Positions 1 through 9,693 of a stretch of DNA of 64,000 nt are shown piece by piece. The DNA comes from Clostridiales bacterium (GTDB lineage Bacteria > Bacillota > Clostridia > Saccharofermentanales > Saccharofermentanaceae). Under the pieces are notes generated by a model. It searched no databases. It was not told where the DNA came from and worked only from the letters and a program-made list of their open reading frames with translations. Within the stretch, counting starts at the first letter, position 1. Every line of letters starts with the position of its first letter. The stretch lies in contig JAFWDK010000006.1 in NCBI GenBank assembly GCA_017513085.1, positions 1-64,000 of the forward strand. The letters run 5' to 3'. A program made the translations under genes and the position numbers.

Positions 1-3000
1 ATCTGCTACTGCAGTCTCGTTTACTGCATACGTTGTGTTCTCAGGCAGATTCTCGATCGTTACACTCTCGCCTACTGCCAGGTTTGCTGTAACCTTCGTA
101 CCACTAAGGGTTCCGCCTGTTACGGTTACCTTGCTCAGATCTTTACCTGCAGGAACTGTCAGGTCGATCGTGATCTCAAACTTAGCTGTTGCCGCAATCT
201 CATCACTGCCTGCTGCCTTGGTCTTGGTGACCTTCAAGTTACCGGTCTTTGCAAGGTCGTCAACCATCGTGATGAGACCTGAATCCTTATCTACGTTGTT
301 CTTACCCTGTACGGTTGCGTCTGTGATCTTTCCATTCTCAACCGTGAATACGATATCTGTAGATACTTCGTAATCGCTGCCTTCCGGTACCGCTGTTTCT
401 TTCAGCGTGTATGTACCATTCGGCAGGTTCTTGATCTCTGTCGCTTTAGTACCGGACTTGAACTGGATTCCGTTGCCTGTGTATCCGGTCGTTGCAGCTG
501 CGCCTGTGCCGTAGTCAACAGTCACTGCGCCACTTGTTACCAGAGACTTCAGGTCGATGGCTGTTGTTCCGTCTACGCCTGTCAGTGTCAGCGTTGCTCC
601 AGGAAGCTCATTTCCTGCTACATCCAGGGCCTTCTTGCTGATCGTTACGTTGCACTTAGTTTCCTCATATTTGTTATAGACATCAATACAGTCCGGACCG
701 TAGTCAAGATCATCAACTTTCTTTTTTGAATCACAGTATTCGATCTCTTTTGACATCACATAATTGCTGATACCTGTTAGATCCTCATGCGCATCATACG
801 TAGCGCCAACAGGAAGTCTTCTGATATTGATATACTGATCACCCTTAAGATAGCAGGTAACTGTATTAGTATTCCTGTCAACAGTATAAGAAGCTCCATC
901 GCGTTCATAAGGATTGAGGATAAGTACCGAATCCCAATCGATTGTTCCATTTGTGGGTGGAGTAAACTCTACAACGATCTTAAACAACTGATCTCTTGCG
1001 TCCGTACCCTCAACATGCTTAACGACCTTAACGTCGTAAACATGATAAGTATCCTTAAACTCAATAGTTTTAACTTCACCAGGATTCAGAGTAAACGTTT
1101 TGGTCTTAATAGGATCTCGGTTAGTCTCATTACGTCTTGTTACTTGTTCATCACTTCCGTTAATCGTATAAACAACAAATATATTCATTCCGGAAGCGTT
1201 AGTAAGGATCTCCGTAACAGTATATGACTTGGACAGATCAGTAACAGGAATATCTACGGACTTGTAGCTCACATAATAACCATTGCCCGGATCACTGATA
1301 GTGAACTTACTTGTGTCACCGAGATTTCCTCTCCAGATCTCTGTTCCGTCCTGATCATTTACAACAAAAGTCAGATTATTCTTATCTGCAGTTGAAAGAT
1401 TAGACAGCACGCCATAGATCGTCTTTGTAATGTTGATCTTAGCTTTCTCATACTTGTTATTTACAACTGCTTTATGCTCTACGCCGTCTCCGGTAAGAGT
1501 GATAAATGCTGAAGCCTGATCATAATCAGAGGATACCTCTCCGATTTTGGTGTTTCCATCATAATACTCAATGTTAACCAGAGAATAGCCATCGGTCAGT
1601 GCAGAAGCACCTTCAATGACACGGCACTTTGTTCCTACCGGAATTTTAGACAAAGTAACGCTATTCGCCGCACCTGCTTTGATAGAAGTAGAATACGTCG
1701 TGCTTGGTTTTGTAATAGGAGCAGCACCATTCACAGAATAAGCAACCGGCGAGTCAAACTCTACTGTAATCGGATATGTCTTATCCGGATCATATCCGTC
1801 ACCGGTAATATTCTTTACGATCTCAAGGCTACCCTCGTGCTTGTATGTGTAATCATTGGTAATGGTGATCTCACCTGTTTTAGTGGTGTCGTTGATCGCG
1901 ACTTCAGACTTTGTCGGATCGCCCGTAACCTCATATGTAGTTACAAGATCGAAGTGAACGTTTTCGGAAACATTCTCGTTCTTCTCTACCACTTTATAAT
2001 TTCCAGGATTCTTGAGGGCAACCTCAACCGTCTCACCATCTGTAATGGTGAAGCAGTAAGGATCAATACCGTTATTGATCTCTTCTCCGGCAGTATTGAT
2101 GTATTTGTTCGTATTCGTATTCAGTACAGCAAACGCATATACAGTATTTGTATATGGATAGGTACCGGTTACATTTTTCTTAACACTCAACGCGTAACGC
2201 GTATAGACATTTTTAATTGTTCTACTTGCCATCGAATTGGAATTTAACGTAAACGTCTGTCCATTCTCATAATTGACAGCAAAAGAGTATCCGGGAATCT
2301 TCGCAGAATCTTTTTCTTCTAAATGATAAACACCTGTTGGAATCAGCTCAGAAACGAATCTATTCTGATATCCGGCACGTACTTTAATATAATACGGTGT
2401 AGTTTCAAAAGTTACTGTGCCGTTTCGTTCTGTATAGTACTCACCCTTAGAATTGATGATTGCAATTTCATATTCTTTATCCGCGTAGGAAGGATCCAAT
2501 CCTTCTACATTCTTAATAATTTCTACGCGTTGCTTATAAACCTGATCATAGGTATTCGTTATGATATAAACGCCGGTTTCATATTGCTTGACAGGGCTCT
2601 GGGTTTTTACCGTATATTCTTTAAAAACATAACTGTCGCTTCCTGTCTTATCACCACCCGTCTCCGTGATAGTATACTCACCGACAGGAACATTCTCGAA
2701 ACGCTTTACACCATTCGTAAAATCAGCCCAACTAAGCGTAACCGTAGTAAAGTCATCCGGTCCTGTGACCGTAAATGAAAGATTATCCAGACCTCCGATC
2801 TGATTAAGGATATCATTGTTATTCTGGTTATAGAAATATTTCCGAATCTCCAAATTGTTTTTCTGGCGTGTGTATTTATTCTCCAGAGAAACATCTCTAT
2901 TCTCGTTAGGATTAGAAGAGGTCAGTACCTGCGGACCTGTGAATGTCACACTATAGCCTGGAACTTCGGCAGACTGTCCATTCTCTTCAATAACATAGAG

Positions 3001-5202
3001 AGTGTTCAATTTCAATCCGTAGATCGTTAGGCTTTCTCCGATACCAACGGACAGATATTGCTTCGTAGTACTGGTTTTACCATTTGTATCGACAATATAC
3101 TGATTCGAATTGTTATCTCTTAAAGCAAACTGAATCTTCTTTCCGGCAAAAGCATCCGGGATCGTGCTTGGTTCTTGATCATCGATCGTAATTTTCTTCG
3201 TAACGGTGATCTGTGTGGTATTATCCAGATCTGCCTTCTCATAAGTATTGTTGATAACAACATTCTTATTATCCTGGTTATTCAAGGCAATTGTCGCAGT
3301 CGGATAATCACTGTTTGCATCCAGCGAAGTCTGGGCGCCATCGACGGAAATCGTAGTCGCTGTCAGCGAATATCCGCGAATATCGCCTTCTTCCTCAACA
3401 ATTGTATATTCACCGGGTTTCAGATCGCTGATCTGGATCGTCCGATCCTTACTCAATTCGAAATAATGCTCTTTGGTTTTCAGGGTTCCGTTATAGTCCT
3501 GAACATACTGTTGGCCTTTTTTCACAGCCACCTTATATGTCTTGTTCGGATCTTCACCATCCAACGTTTTTGTTAACTGTAAAGAAGCTTTTTGATCTTT
3601 TTTGACCTCATTGAAAAAAGCACCCAGTGAGAATTCTGCACCGGACATATCCTTGTGATCCTCACCGCCATACGCATTACCTGCTGCTTTATCTTCAGCG
3701 GAGAGATACATCTTTGTTGTAACGACAAAGTGGATATTTCCATTAAAATTGGTAATATCAACTTGAATATCGATTTCGCCATCAGAGAGCAACACATTAT
3801 CGAGGCCGTCTTCTTTTTTCAATTCTTTAATCACATAATAATGTGTTTCTCCCACGACCGGGTCGATATCGCTGGCCTTATACTTCAGTGTCGGGAAAGT
3901 AATTTTGCTAAAGGCATCATTTTTAACAGTGGTCGCAGTACCGATCGTTTTCTGATAGTCGCTCTCTGTTTCCTGGAAAGTAAAAGTATAATCTCCGGCA
4001 GAAAGTTGAATGCTGTTATCTTCTTCCGGAACACCTGTCTTGTTTTGGGTAAAAGCTTTTCGAGCAGCAAAATGCAGGTCACTCTCACCATTGTCGATTT
4101 CAAAATCTTCACGGTCATGATAAATATAGTGGAATTCACCATCTGTCACGATCGTTTTTCCTGCTGCCGCGATCCAACCTGCACTAGAACCTACAACATT
4201 ACCTGTTGTTCTCGGGTTCGGAACCAGGAAGAGACCCGCAGTAATATCATAGTCTACACTAGATGCATTGGGGATATTCCAAATGATACTTCTGGCAATA
4301 TACTTGTCAACATCTTTATTGTGATCAGAATCATCACCTTTGCAAGTTGTATCCGTATCAATCTGCTTTCCGGCTGTCTCAACACGGTATTTAGACATTT
4401 TGGTATAACCGTCAGTGAGTAGATTGAACACAACTACAGTACTCGGATCCTTCTTAATCGTAAGACCGCCTGTTGTCCCAATCACGTTTTGAAGTTTGGA
4501 ATCTCCCGGTACATTGATATAGATCGTTGCATCCTTATATGACGGGTCGGTAAGATCGATCGTCGCATGCTCTCCATCAGAGAAAGCAGCAATCTTGTCA
4601 CCATCAAAGGCATTCTTGGTCAGCATTGTATCGGATTGACGCTTGATATTGACAAGCATGGTATCAATACTCAGTTCCAGGTCCGCCTTTTCATAAGTTC
4701 TATAGACCGGAACACCCTTGAAGTCGGTATTATACTGAAAGCGATTGTTTTCAACCAGTTCCTTGGTAGTATCAAACACGAACTTCATTCCATCTCCGCC
4801 AATATAGGTCTGGCCGAAAATAGCCTTCGATCCGGGTGCGATATCCGCGATGATAAACTGAGCCGGTTCTGCGCCAGCCAGGTCGACGTCACAGTTTTTA
4901 TCCGCATTTATGCGGTAAAGCTTCGTCGCAAAGGTCGTCTCCATATGACCGACCAGATGCAATTCTTCGCCACTCACAATACCATAGTTCACAGCACGCT
5001 CCAAAATCGTACTGTAATTGACTAGGCTTGCCGAATCGAAATCCGACACGCCGGCATCCGCGGCAACTTGCGGAACATAAAGGCTCTTCAAGCCTTTTTC
5101 TTTGTTTGACCTCTTGAATGCCATCGTTCCAACCACCAACGAGGTCACGAGAACCAAACTAGTCGCTCCAAGGAATTTTTTGTTTCTGAAAAGTCGTTTC
5201 AT
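1..5202 (-). CDS. Giant secreted surface adhesin, partial (3' end outside the window): signal peptide, choice-of-anchor-A-like N domain, then tandem Spy0128/SpaA/CnaB-like Ig domains
   Basis: ATG at 5202 after GAAGGAG; begins MKRLFRNKKFLGATSLVLVTSLVVGTMA. The frame (1734 codons) is still open at base 1 (...TIENLPENTTYAVNETAVAD) and was spot-checked at several positions. It is missing from the ORF track, consistent with no stop inside the window. Repeating ~110-125 aa units (xxTK...YTIxE...xNxY). Confidence 0.88.
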   Translation of the reverse strand, partial: MKRLFRNKKFLGATSLVLVTSLVVGTMAFKRSNKEKGLKSLYVPQVAADAGVSDFDSASLVNYSTILERAVNYGIVSGEELHLVGHMETTFATKLYRINADKNCDVDLAGAEPAQFIIADIAPGSKAIFGQTYIGGDGMKFVFDTTKELVENNRFQYNTDFKGVPVYRTYEKADLELSIDTMLVNIKRQSDTMLTKNAFDGDKIAAFSDGEHATIDLTDPSYKDATIYINVPGDSKLQNVIGTTGGLTIKKDPSTVVVFNLLTDGYTKMSKYRVETAGKQIDTDTTCKGDDSDHNKDVDKYIARSIIWNIPNASSVDYDITAGLFLVPNPRTTGNVVGSSAGWIAAAGKTIVTDGEFHYIYHDREDFEIDNGESDLHFAARKAFTQNKTGVPEEDNSIQLSAGDYTFTFQETESDYQKTIGTATTVKNDAFSKITFPTLKYKASDIDPVVGETHYYVIKELKKEDGLDNVLLSDGEIDIQVDITNFNGNIHFVVTTKMYLSAEDKAAGNAYGGEDHKDMSGAEFSLGAFFNEVKKDQKASLQLTKTLDGEDPNKTYKVAVKKGQQYVQDYNGTLKTKEHYFELSKDRTIQISDLKPGEYTIVEEEGDIRGYSLTATTISVDGAQTSLDANSDYPTATIALNNQDNKNVVINNTYEKADLDNTTQITVTKKITIDDQEPSTIPDAFAGKKIQFALRDNNSNQYIVDTNGKTSTTKQYLSVGIGESLTIYGLKLNTLYVIEENGQSAEVPGYSVTFTGPQVLTSSNPNENRDVSLENKYTRQKNNLEIRKYFYNQNNNDILNQIGGLDNLSFTVTGPDDFTTVTLSWADFTNGVKRFENVPVGEYTITETGGDKTGSDSYVFKEYTVKTQSPVKQYETGVYIITNTYDQVYKQRVEIIKNVEGLDPSYADKEYEIAIINSKGEYYTERNGTVTFETTPYYIKVRAGYQNRFVSELIPTGVYHLEEKDSAKIPGYSFAVNYENGQTFTLNSNSMASRTIKNVYTRYALSVKKNVTGTYPYTNTVYAFAVLNTNTNKYINTAGEEINNGIDPYCFTITDGETVEVALKNPGNYKVVEKNENVSENVHFDLVTTYEVTGDPTKSEVAINDTTKTGEITITNDYTYKHEGSLEIVKNITGDGYDPDKTYPITVEFDSPVAYSVNGAAPITKPSTTYSTSIKAGAANSVTLSKIPVGTKCRVIEGASALTDGYSLVNIEYYDGNTKIGEVSSDYDQASAFITLTGDGVEHKAVVNNKYEKAKINITKTIYGVLSNLSTADKNNLTFVVNDQDGTEIWRGNLGDTSKFTISDPGNGYYVSYKSVDIPVTDLSKSYTVTEILTNASGMNIFVVYTINGSDEQVTRRNETNRDPIKTKTFTLNPGEVKTIEFKDTYHVYDVKVVKHVEGTDARDQLFKIVVEFTPPTNGTIDWDSVLILNPYERDGASYTVDRNTNTVTCYLKGDQYINIRRLPVGATYDAHEDLTGISNYVMSKEIEYCDSKKKVDDLDYGPDCIDVYNKYEETKCNVTISKKALDVAGNELPGATLTLTGVDGTTAIDLKSLVTSGAVTVDYGTGAAATTGYTGNGIQFKSGTKATEIKNLPNGTYTLKETAVPEGSDYEVSTDIVFTVENGKITDATVQGKNNVDKDSGLITMVDDLAKTGNLKVTKTKAAGSDEIAATAKFEITIDLTVPAGKDLSKVTVTGGTLSGTKVTANLAVGESVTIENLPENTTYAVNETAVAD

Positions 5203-5282
5203 GCTGTCTCCTTCATTCTGTCTTTTTTGCCAAATTCATACCCGACTACCACATCATGGCAGTTATAATTACTTAATTTTAT

Positions 5283-5310
5283 ATTCTAAATGGAAAGTGT
5301 TCCAATTCAA
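5283..5310 (-). promoter_or_regulatory. Candidate sigma-A promoter of the adhesin, with a palindrome in its spacer
   Basis: Minus strand TTGAAT-16-TAGAAT; the spacer contains TGGAA-N4-TTCCA (5291-5304). Confidence 0.45.
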
Positions 5311-5403
5311 TTCAGATTTTTTGACTTAATTGTAAACTTATAAGATTTCCATCAATCCGAAATAAAAATTTAATAATCCTTTCTTTCGTGATATTCACGT
5401 AAC

Positions 5404-5440
5404 AAAAAAGATCCCGAAGGATTTCTCTTTCGGGATCTTG
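5404..5440 (-). terminator. Intrinsic terminator after rpsT
   Basis: AAGATCCCGAA/TTCGGGATCTT stem followed by a U-run on the minus strand. Confidence 0.85.
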
Positions 5441-5463
5441 TAAAGTCGAAACCGAGTCAGAAC

Positions 5464-5727
5464 TCACGCCTTGGCAGCATTAGCAGCCTTAGCCATTCTG
5501 GACTTCTTTCTAGCCGCTGCATTCTTGTGAATATATCCCTTAGCAGCAGCCTTATCGAGTGCAACCTGAGCGTCCTTAACGAGCGCTGCGGAATTATCAT
5601 CAGATGCGGCGATAGAAGCCGTTGCCTTCTTGACAATGGTGCGCATCTCGCTCTTCTTCATCTTGTTGGCCAAAGTCTTCTTCTCAGTAACTTTAACACG
5701 CTTACATGCAGACTTGATATTCGGCAT
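5464..5727 (-). CDS. rpsT: 30S ribosomal protein S20
   Basis: MPNIKSACKR...LDKAAAKGYIHKNAAARKKSR signature. Start moved to 5727, after GGAGGTGAAGGA. Confidence 0.97.
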   Translation of the reverse strand: MPNIKSACKRVKVTEKKTLANKMKKSEMRTIVKKATASIAASDDNSAALVKDAQVALDKAAAKGYIHKNAAARKKSRMAKAANAAKA

Positions 5728-5850
5728 TTCCTTCACCTCCATCATTATTATCTTCAATTAGACACCGAGATATTTTATCATGGTTTATTCATCGATGCAA
5801 GAGCATTTTCGAGAGTTTTTTACTTTTTTACCATCTTTCTTTGCAAACAC

Positions 5851-6588
5851 TCACTCTTTCGACCACATTCCCTTTGTTGCTTCGTATAAACCTATACTCG
5901 TGGCAATAGGCAGATTGAGACTGTCGATCCCGTCTCCGTGGTCGATCCGCACAGGTTGCCCAATACTGGAAAACGCCTCTGGAAGTCCGGTTGCTTCATT
6001 TCCCATGATCAGCGAAAATGGTTTCTCGATCTTCACCTCATGCAAAAGTTTGCTTCCGTCAAGCATGAACGGATACAAGTGCCGTTCTTCCTTGTTATTA
6101 TTTTCAATATATTCTTTCCAGGAGTCGAAATATTTAAAGTTCAATCGTGAAAGCGCTCCCATGGATGCCCGGATCACCTTCGGATCGAAAAAATCCACTG
6201 CAGGTCGGATAATCGCAATGTTCGGTACACCAAATCCTACCGCGCTTCGTATGATCGTTCCCGCATTTCCTGCATTAGAAGGATTGACCAAAACCACATG
6301 GGAAGCTTTCGGATCCAGTTCACAACGGTATTTTCTTACCATGGCGATCACATAGCAGTTCTCTTTCTGAGAAAGAATAGAAAAGACTTTATCGTTCACT
6401 TCCAGCGGAATACCATATTTTTCACATATCCTCCCAATCTTCTCTTTTGTTTCCGATTCATGAAAAGCACTATGCAGATATACTCTGGAAACATTCTTGG
6501 GGCGGATATTCAGATATTCCATGCTCACCGTAGCCCCCAGGCAATATGTCTCAAAATCTTCTTTTTTATATCGTTTAACTGTCGCCAT
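5851..6588 (-). CDS. TrmH/SpoU-family (SPOUT) RNA methyltransferase
   Basis: Motifs NPSNAGNAGTIIRS, VIRASMG, MGNEATGL and IDSLNL. Confidence 0.92.
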   Translation of the reverse strand: MATVKRYKKEDFETYCLGATVSMEYLNIRPKNVSRVYLHSAFHESETKEKIGRICEKYGIPLEVNDKVFSILSQKENCYVIAMVRKYRCELDPKASHVVLVNPSNAGNAGTIIRSAVGFGVPNIAIIRPAVDFFDPKVIRASMGALSRLNFKYFDSWKEYIENNNKEERHLYPFMLDGSKLLHEVKIEKPFSLIMGNEATGLPEAFSSIGQPVRIDHGDGIDSLNLPIATSIGLYEATKGMWSKE

Positions 6589-7019
6589 CAGAGCCTCACT
6601 ATACGATCTGCTGTCAGCATGCTCTGCAAAAGCGATGCCATATCGTCACAAACGATCCGGGCATCCTCCGGCATTCTTCCAAGATAAAACAACGATTCAT
6701 TACATGCTTTCACTGTGATCTCACGATCCAGGATCGCCTTCCAACAGGAGAAACACTCGCTTTCCGGCAACAGAAGCTTCACTCCGTCGTGCAACAGGAT
6801 GATCTCATCCGGTACAGCCTTAGCAGTTGCCAGACTCTTAAGGGAATGAAGCATCAACTCCCGGCCATGTTCTTCTGAGTCTGCATCTCCTTTGTTATCG
6901 CCGACTATCTCTCCTTCGATGACAAGCACGACTCTCTTCGGCCGTTCGTCCTGTCCCACAAGAGCAAACTGCGGCTCAACCTTTGTCGTTCCCTGATTGC
7001 GGAATCCTCCGATCTCCAT
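6588..7019 (-). CDS. DsrE/YedF-like sulfur-relay family protein
   Basis: GRELM...L, IILLHDGVKLL and VKACNESL pattern of the DsrE/YedF C-domain. Confidence 0.6.
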   Translation of the reverse strand: MEIGGFRNQGTTKVEPQFALVGQDERPKRVVLVIEGEIVGDNKGDADSEEHGRELMLHSLKSLATAKAVPDEIILLHDGVKLLLPESECFSCWKAILDREITVKACNESLFYLGRMPEDARIVCDDMASLLQSMLTADRIVRL

Positions 7020-7021
7020 AC

Positions 7022-7789
7022 TTATGCTTTCTCCTTATTTTCCTTCGGTGCATCCGCAGGTTCACCACCCAACAGGGCGATAGCTCTCGGAACAGCATCT
7101 TTGCTGTTTCCCCACGGCTTGCTCTGGTTTCTATAATCGAATTTCAATGTGAACCACTCCACATCCTTGATCATCTCATCCAGGCCCTGATTGTGCGTCG
7201 CGGCCAAAGCACTGACAAATTCCGCCGCTTCGTTCTGGCTCAGTTCTTTTGCAGCAGCACGGAGCAGTTCCGCAACATGCGGCAGACAGTGATAGGTCTT
7301 TGTAGCAAAAGTATCTCGGAACGATTGATCCTGGAAGTATAGCCACATGATGACTTCCATATAACGATCCATCGTTGTCTTGATCTTGTCACAGATAATA
7401 CATGAATTCAGACGCTCATCGATCTTATCCGCCAGTGCTGTCAATCTCTTCTTGTACTCTGCATCTTTTCCTTTCAGAAGTGTCTTCTTCTCCGGTGCGG
7501 CTTTCTCCCACATCGGATCAGTATCTTTCTTCACGTCCTGAATATGTGTATGAAGCATCAATCCCATTCCCAGACGGTTGATCTCGCGACCAAACATCTT
7601 GTTTAAGTGATCTCCGCAAAAGCCGGACTTATTCGTCAGTACTCTTGTGTCCGGTTCCATCAGAGATGGCCCGAGATAATAGTCCAGCGCATCGGATTCC
7701 ACTTTTTGCTTCAAAGCACAAAGCGGGCAGGCGCAACTGGAAGAATACGCATCGTTCACCGGAATCGTGTATATCTTTTCAACTTTCAT
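7022..7789 (-). CDS. DUF6062-like protein with two CxxC...CxxH zinc-type motifs
   Basis: EKIYTIPVNDA, CPLC...GFCGDH, CIIC...HCLPH and KFDYRN..KPWG. Confidence 0.75.
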   Translation of the reverse strand: MKVEKIYTIPVNDAYSSSCACPLCALKQKVESDALDYYLGPSLMEPDTRVLTNKSGFCGDHLNKMFGREINRLGMGLMLHTHIQDVKKDTDPMWEKAAPEKKTLLKGKDAEYKKRLTALADKIDERLNSCIICDKIKTTMDRYMEVIMWLYFQDQSFRDTFATKTYHCLPHVAELLRAAAKELSQNEAAEFVSALAATHNQGLDEMIKDVEWFTLKFDYRNQSKPWGNSKDAVPRAIALLGGEPADAPKENKEKA

Positions 7790-7798
7790 TTTTCCCTC

Positions 7799-8848
7799 CT
7801 AAGCCGGATCTTCGTGGATCAGACGCTTCGCCCGGACATCCACCGCTACCATATTGATCGAAGAGTACTCCTCAATATAACGTCCCAATCTCTGTTGCGC
7901 CGTAAGAAGCACTTCCTGCGCATTAAACCCGTAGTAAAGCTCCAGATCGATGCTCAAGACGACGCCGTAGACGCGCTTTTCAGAACGAAAGCCCACAACA
8001 TCGTGAACGCCCTGAACTTTCCGCAAGATGATCTTAACCAGATCAAGAAGCGCATCGTCCGAGATCGAATAACTGCCCAAACTCGAAAATGTCGGACGCA
8101 CGACCGTTCTTTCCGTATCCGGCGCTACAGGCTGCACGCCACGTTCCTTATCCCATCTTCTGCGAAGCCGGTTCAACGGATCCGAGAAGTATCCGGAAAA
8201 CTCGTGCTTGATTTCCATGCTGGGAACAGGGATCGTATGCATGCCTTCACGCATTCGCGTATTTCTGGCCTGAGTGATCTCCTCTTCCGAACTGACATCC
8301 TCGATACGGATCAGCATGGCCGGCTGATTCAGCCAAAGATTGTTGCAGATCTTCTGTAGCATGGCATCAGACGTACCAAGGATCATGAGCGTGGACGGAA
8401 GGTTTTCCGCAAGTGCTCTTCTCATTGTCGCCGATCGGCTCGGATCCTCAAAAAGCGCTTGCCTCACCGACTCGAGTTTTGTCGGTGCTTTTTTCGCAGA
8501 GTTACCGGCCACAATACGGCTTCCGTTGATCAGAAGTCCGTCATCAATGATGTACTTAATCGAATTCTGCTTGGCGACACGGATTGCTCTGGTACTCTTG
8601 CCTGTTCCGGACGGTCCTACAAAAGCAACTACCGCGATCGATGAAAGCAGGTCACGCATTTCCTGTTCATCGCTCGCGGCAATTTCGATCTGTCGTTCCG
8701 TACGCAGATGCGCACGCGTATCTACGTTTTTCTCTAAACGGCGAAGAGTTGCCCGAAGTTCCGGAATAAAAACGCCACGACGGGACGCACCTTGTTTTTC
8801 CTCAAGGTGTTCAGCCTGATCCTTGCCCTTCGGTTTTGGCAACTCCAT
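7799..8848 (-). CDS. P-loop NTPase fused to a C-terminal Asp23/Gls24-like domain
   Basis: Walker A GPSGTGKS, IIDDGLLI, then VVRPTFS.LG and an Asp23-like C-terminus. Confidence 0.8.
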   Translation of the reverse strand: MELPKPKGKDQAEHLEEKQGASRRGVFIPELRATLRRLEKNVDTRAHLRTERQIEIAASDEQEMRDLLSSIAVVAFVGPSGTGKSTRAIRVAKQNSIKYIIDDGLLINGSRIVAGNSAKKAPTKLESVRQALFEDPSRSATMRRALAENLPSTLMILGTSDAMLQKICNNLWLNQPAMLIRIEDVSSEEEITQARNTRMREGMHTIPVPSMEIKHEFSGYFSDPLNRLRRRWDKERGVQPVAPDTERTVVRPTFSSLGSYSISDDALLDLVKIILRKVQGVHDVVGFRSEKRVYGVVLSIDLELYYGFNAQEVLLTAQQRLGRYIEEYSSINMVAVDVRAKRLIHEDPA

Positions 8849-8879
8849 ACTTCTACCTTTATACCTTTATAAATAAGTA

Positions 8880-9605
8880 TCAGTTATCCCAGTTATTGAA
8901 AACTTCCTGAACGTCATCGTTCTCTTCAAACTTTTCAAGCATCAGTTCCAACTTGGAACAAATGTCGGGGTCTTCCACCTTAGACCAGTTCAACGGAACC
9001 GGGCCAAGTGTCGAATCTACGAAAGTATATCCTTTCGCATCCAGAGCATCCTTAACTTCATAATAAGCTGCCGGATCAGTCAGGATCTCGTAATATCCAT
9101 CTTCCGCGCTGAAATCTTCAGCACCGCAATCCAAAGCATCCATCATGACCTGTTCTTCATCATCAAATTCCTCGGAATCGATCAGGATCGTACCCTTGTC
9201 CTGGAACATAAAGGAAACGCTTCCGGAAACGCCCATGTTTCCGTCATACTTATCAAAGATATGACGCACATCCGCTGCCGTACGGTTTCTGTTATTAGTC
9301 AGCGCACGCACCATAATGGCAATTCCACCCGGACCATATCCCTCATAAACGATTTCTTCGTACTCATCACCTTCACCGGCACCAGCCGCCTTCTTGATGG
9401 CACGGTTAATATTGTCGTTCGGCATATTGGCCGCCTTAGCCTTCGCAATAACATCCTTCAGCTTGGAATTGTTCTCCGGATCAGGTCCACCGGCCTTAAC
9501 CGCCACCATGATCTCCTTGGCTACTTTAGTAAAAACGGCACCCTTTGCCGCATCCGATGCTTCTTTCTTTCTTTTAATATTATTCCACTTGGAATGTCCG
9601 GACAT
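8880..9605 (-). CDS. yebC: YebC/PmpR-family protein
   Basis: MSGHSKWNNIKRKK, YEGYGPGG and DDVQEVFNN. Confidence 0.95.
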   Translation of the reverse strand: MSGHSKWNNIKRKKEASDAAKGAVFTKVAKEIMVAVKAGGPDPENNSKLKDVIAKAKAANMPNDNINRAIKKAAGAGEGDEYEEIVYEGYGPGGIAIMVRALTNNRNRTAADVRHIFDKYDGNMGVSGSVSFMFQDKGTILIDSEEFDDEEQVMMDALDCGAEDFSAEDGYYEILTDPAAYYEVKDALDAKGYTFVDSTLGPVPLNWSKVEDPDICSKLELMLEKFEENDDVQEVFNNWDN

Positions 9606-9693
9606 AAAAAACCTCCAAAAAAATAGTACACGATATTATATCATCTATTGTTTTATACGCCAACTGATCGTTTTATATGCTTTTTCCGAAAAC

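Noticed and set aside
35-5329. Plus-strand ORFs over the first 5.3 kb, and the many other antisense ORFs in the track (e.g. 21946-23151, 28063-29163)
   Set aside because: They are antisense shadows of real genes, with no RBS or recognisable motifs.
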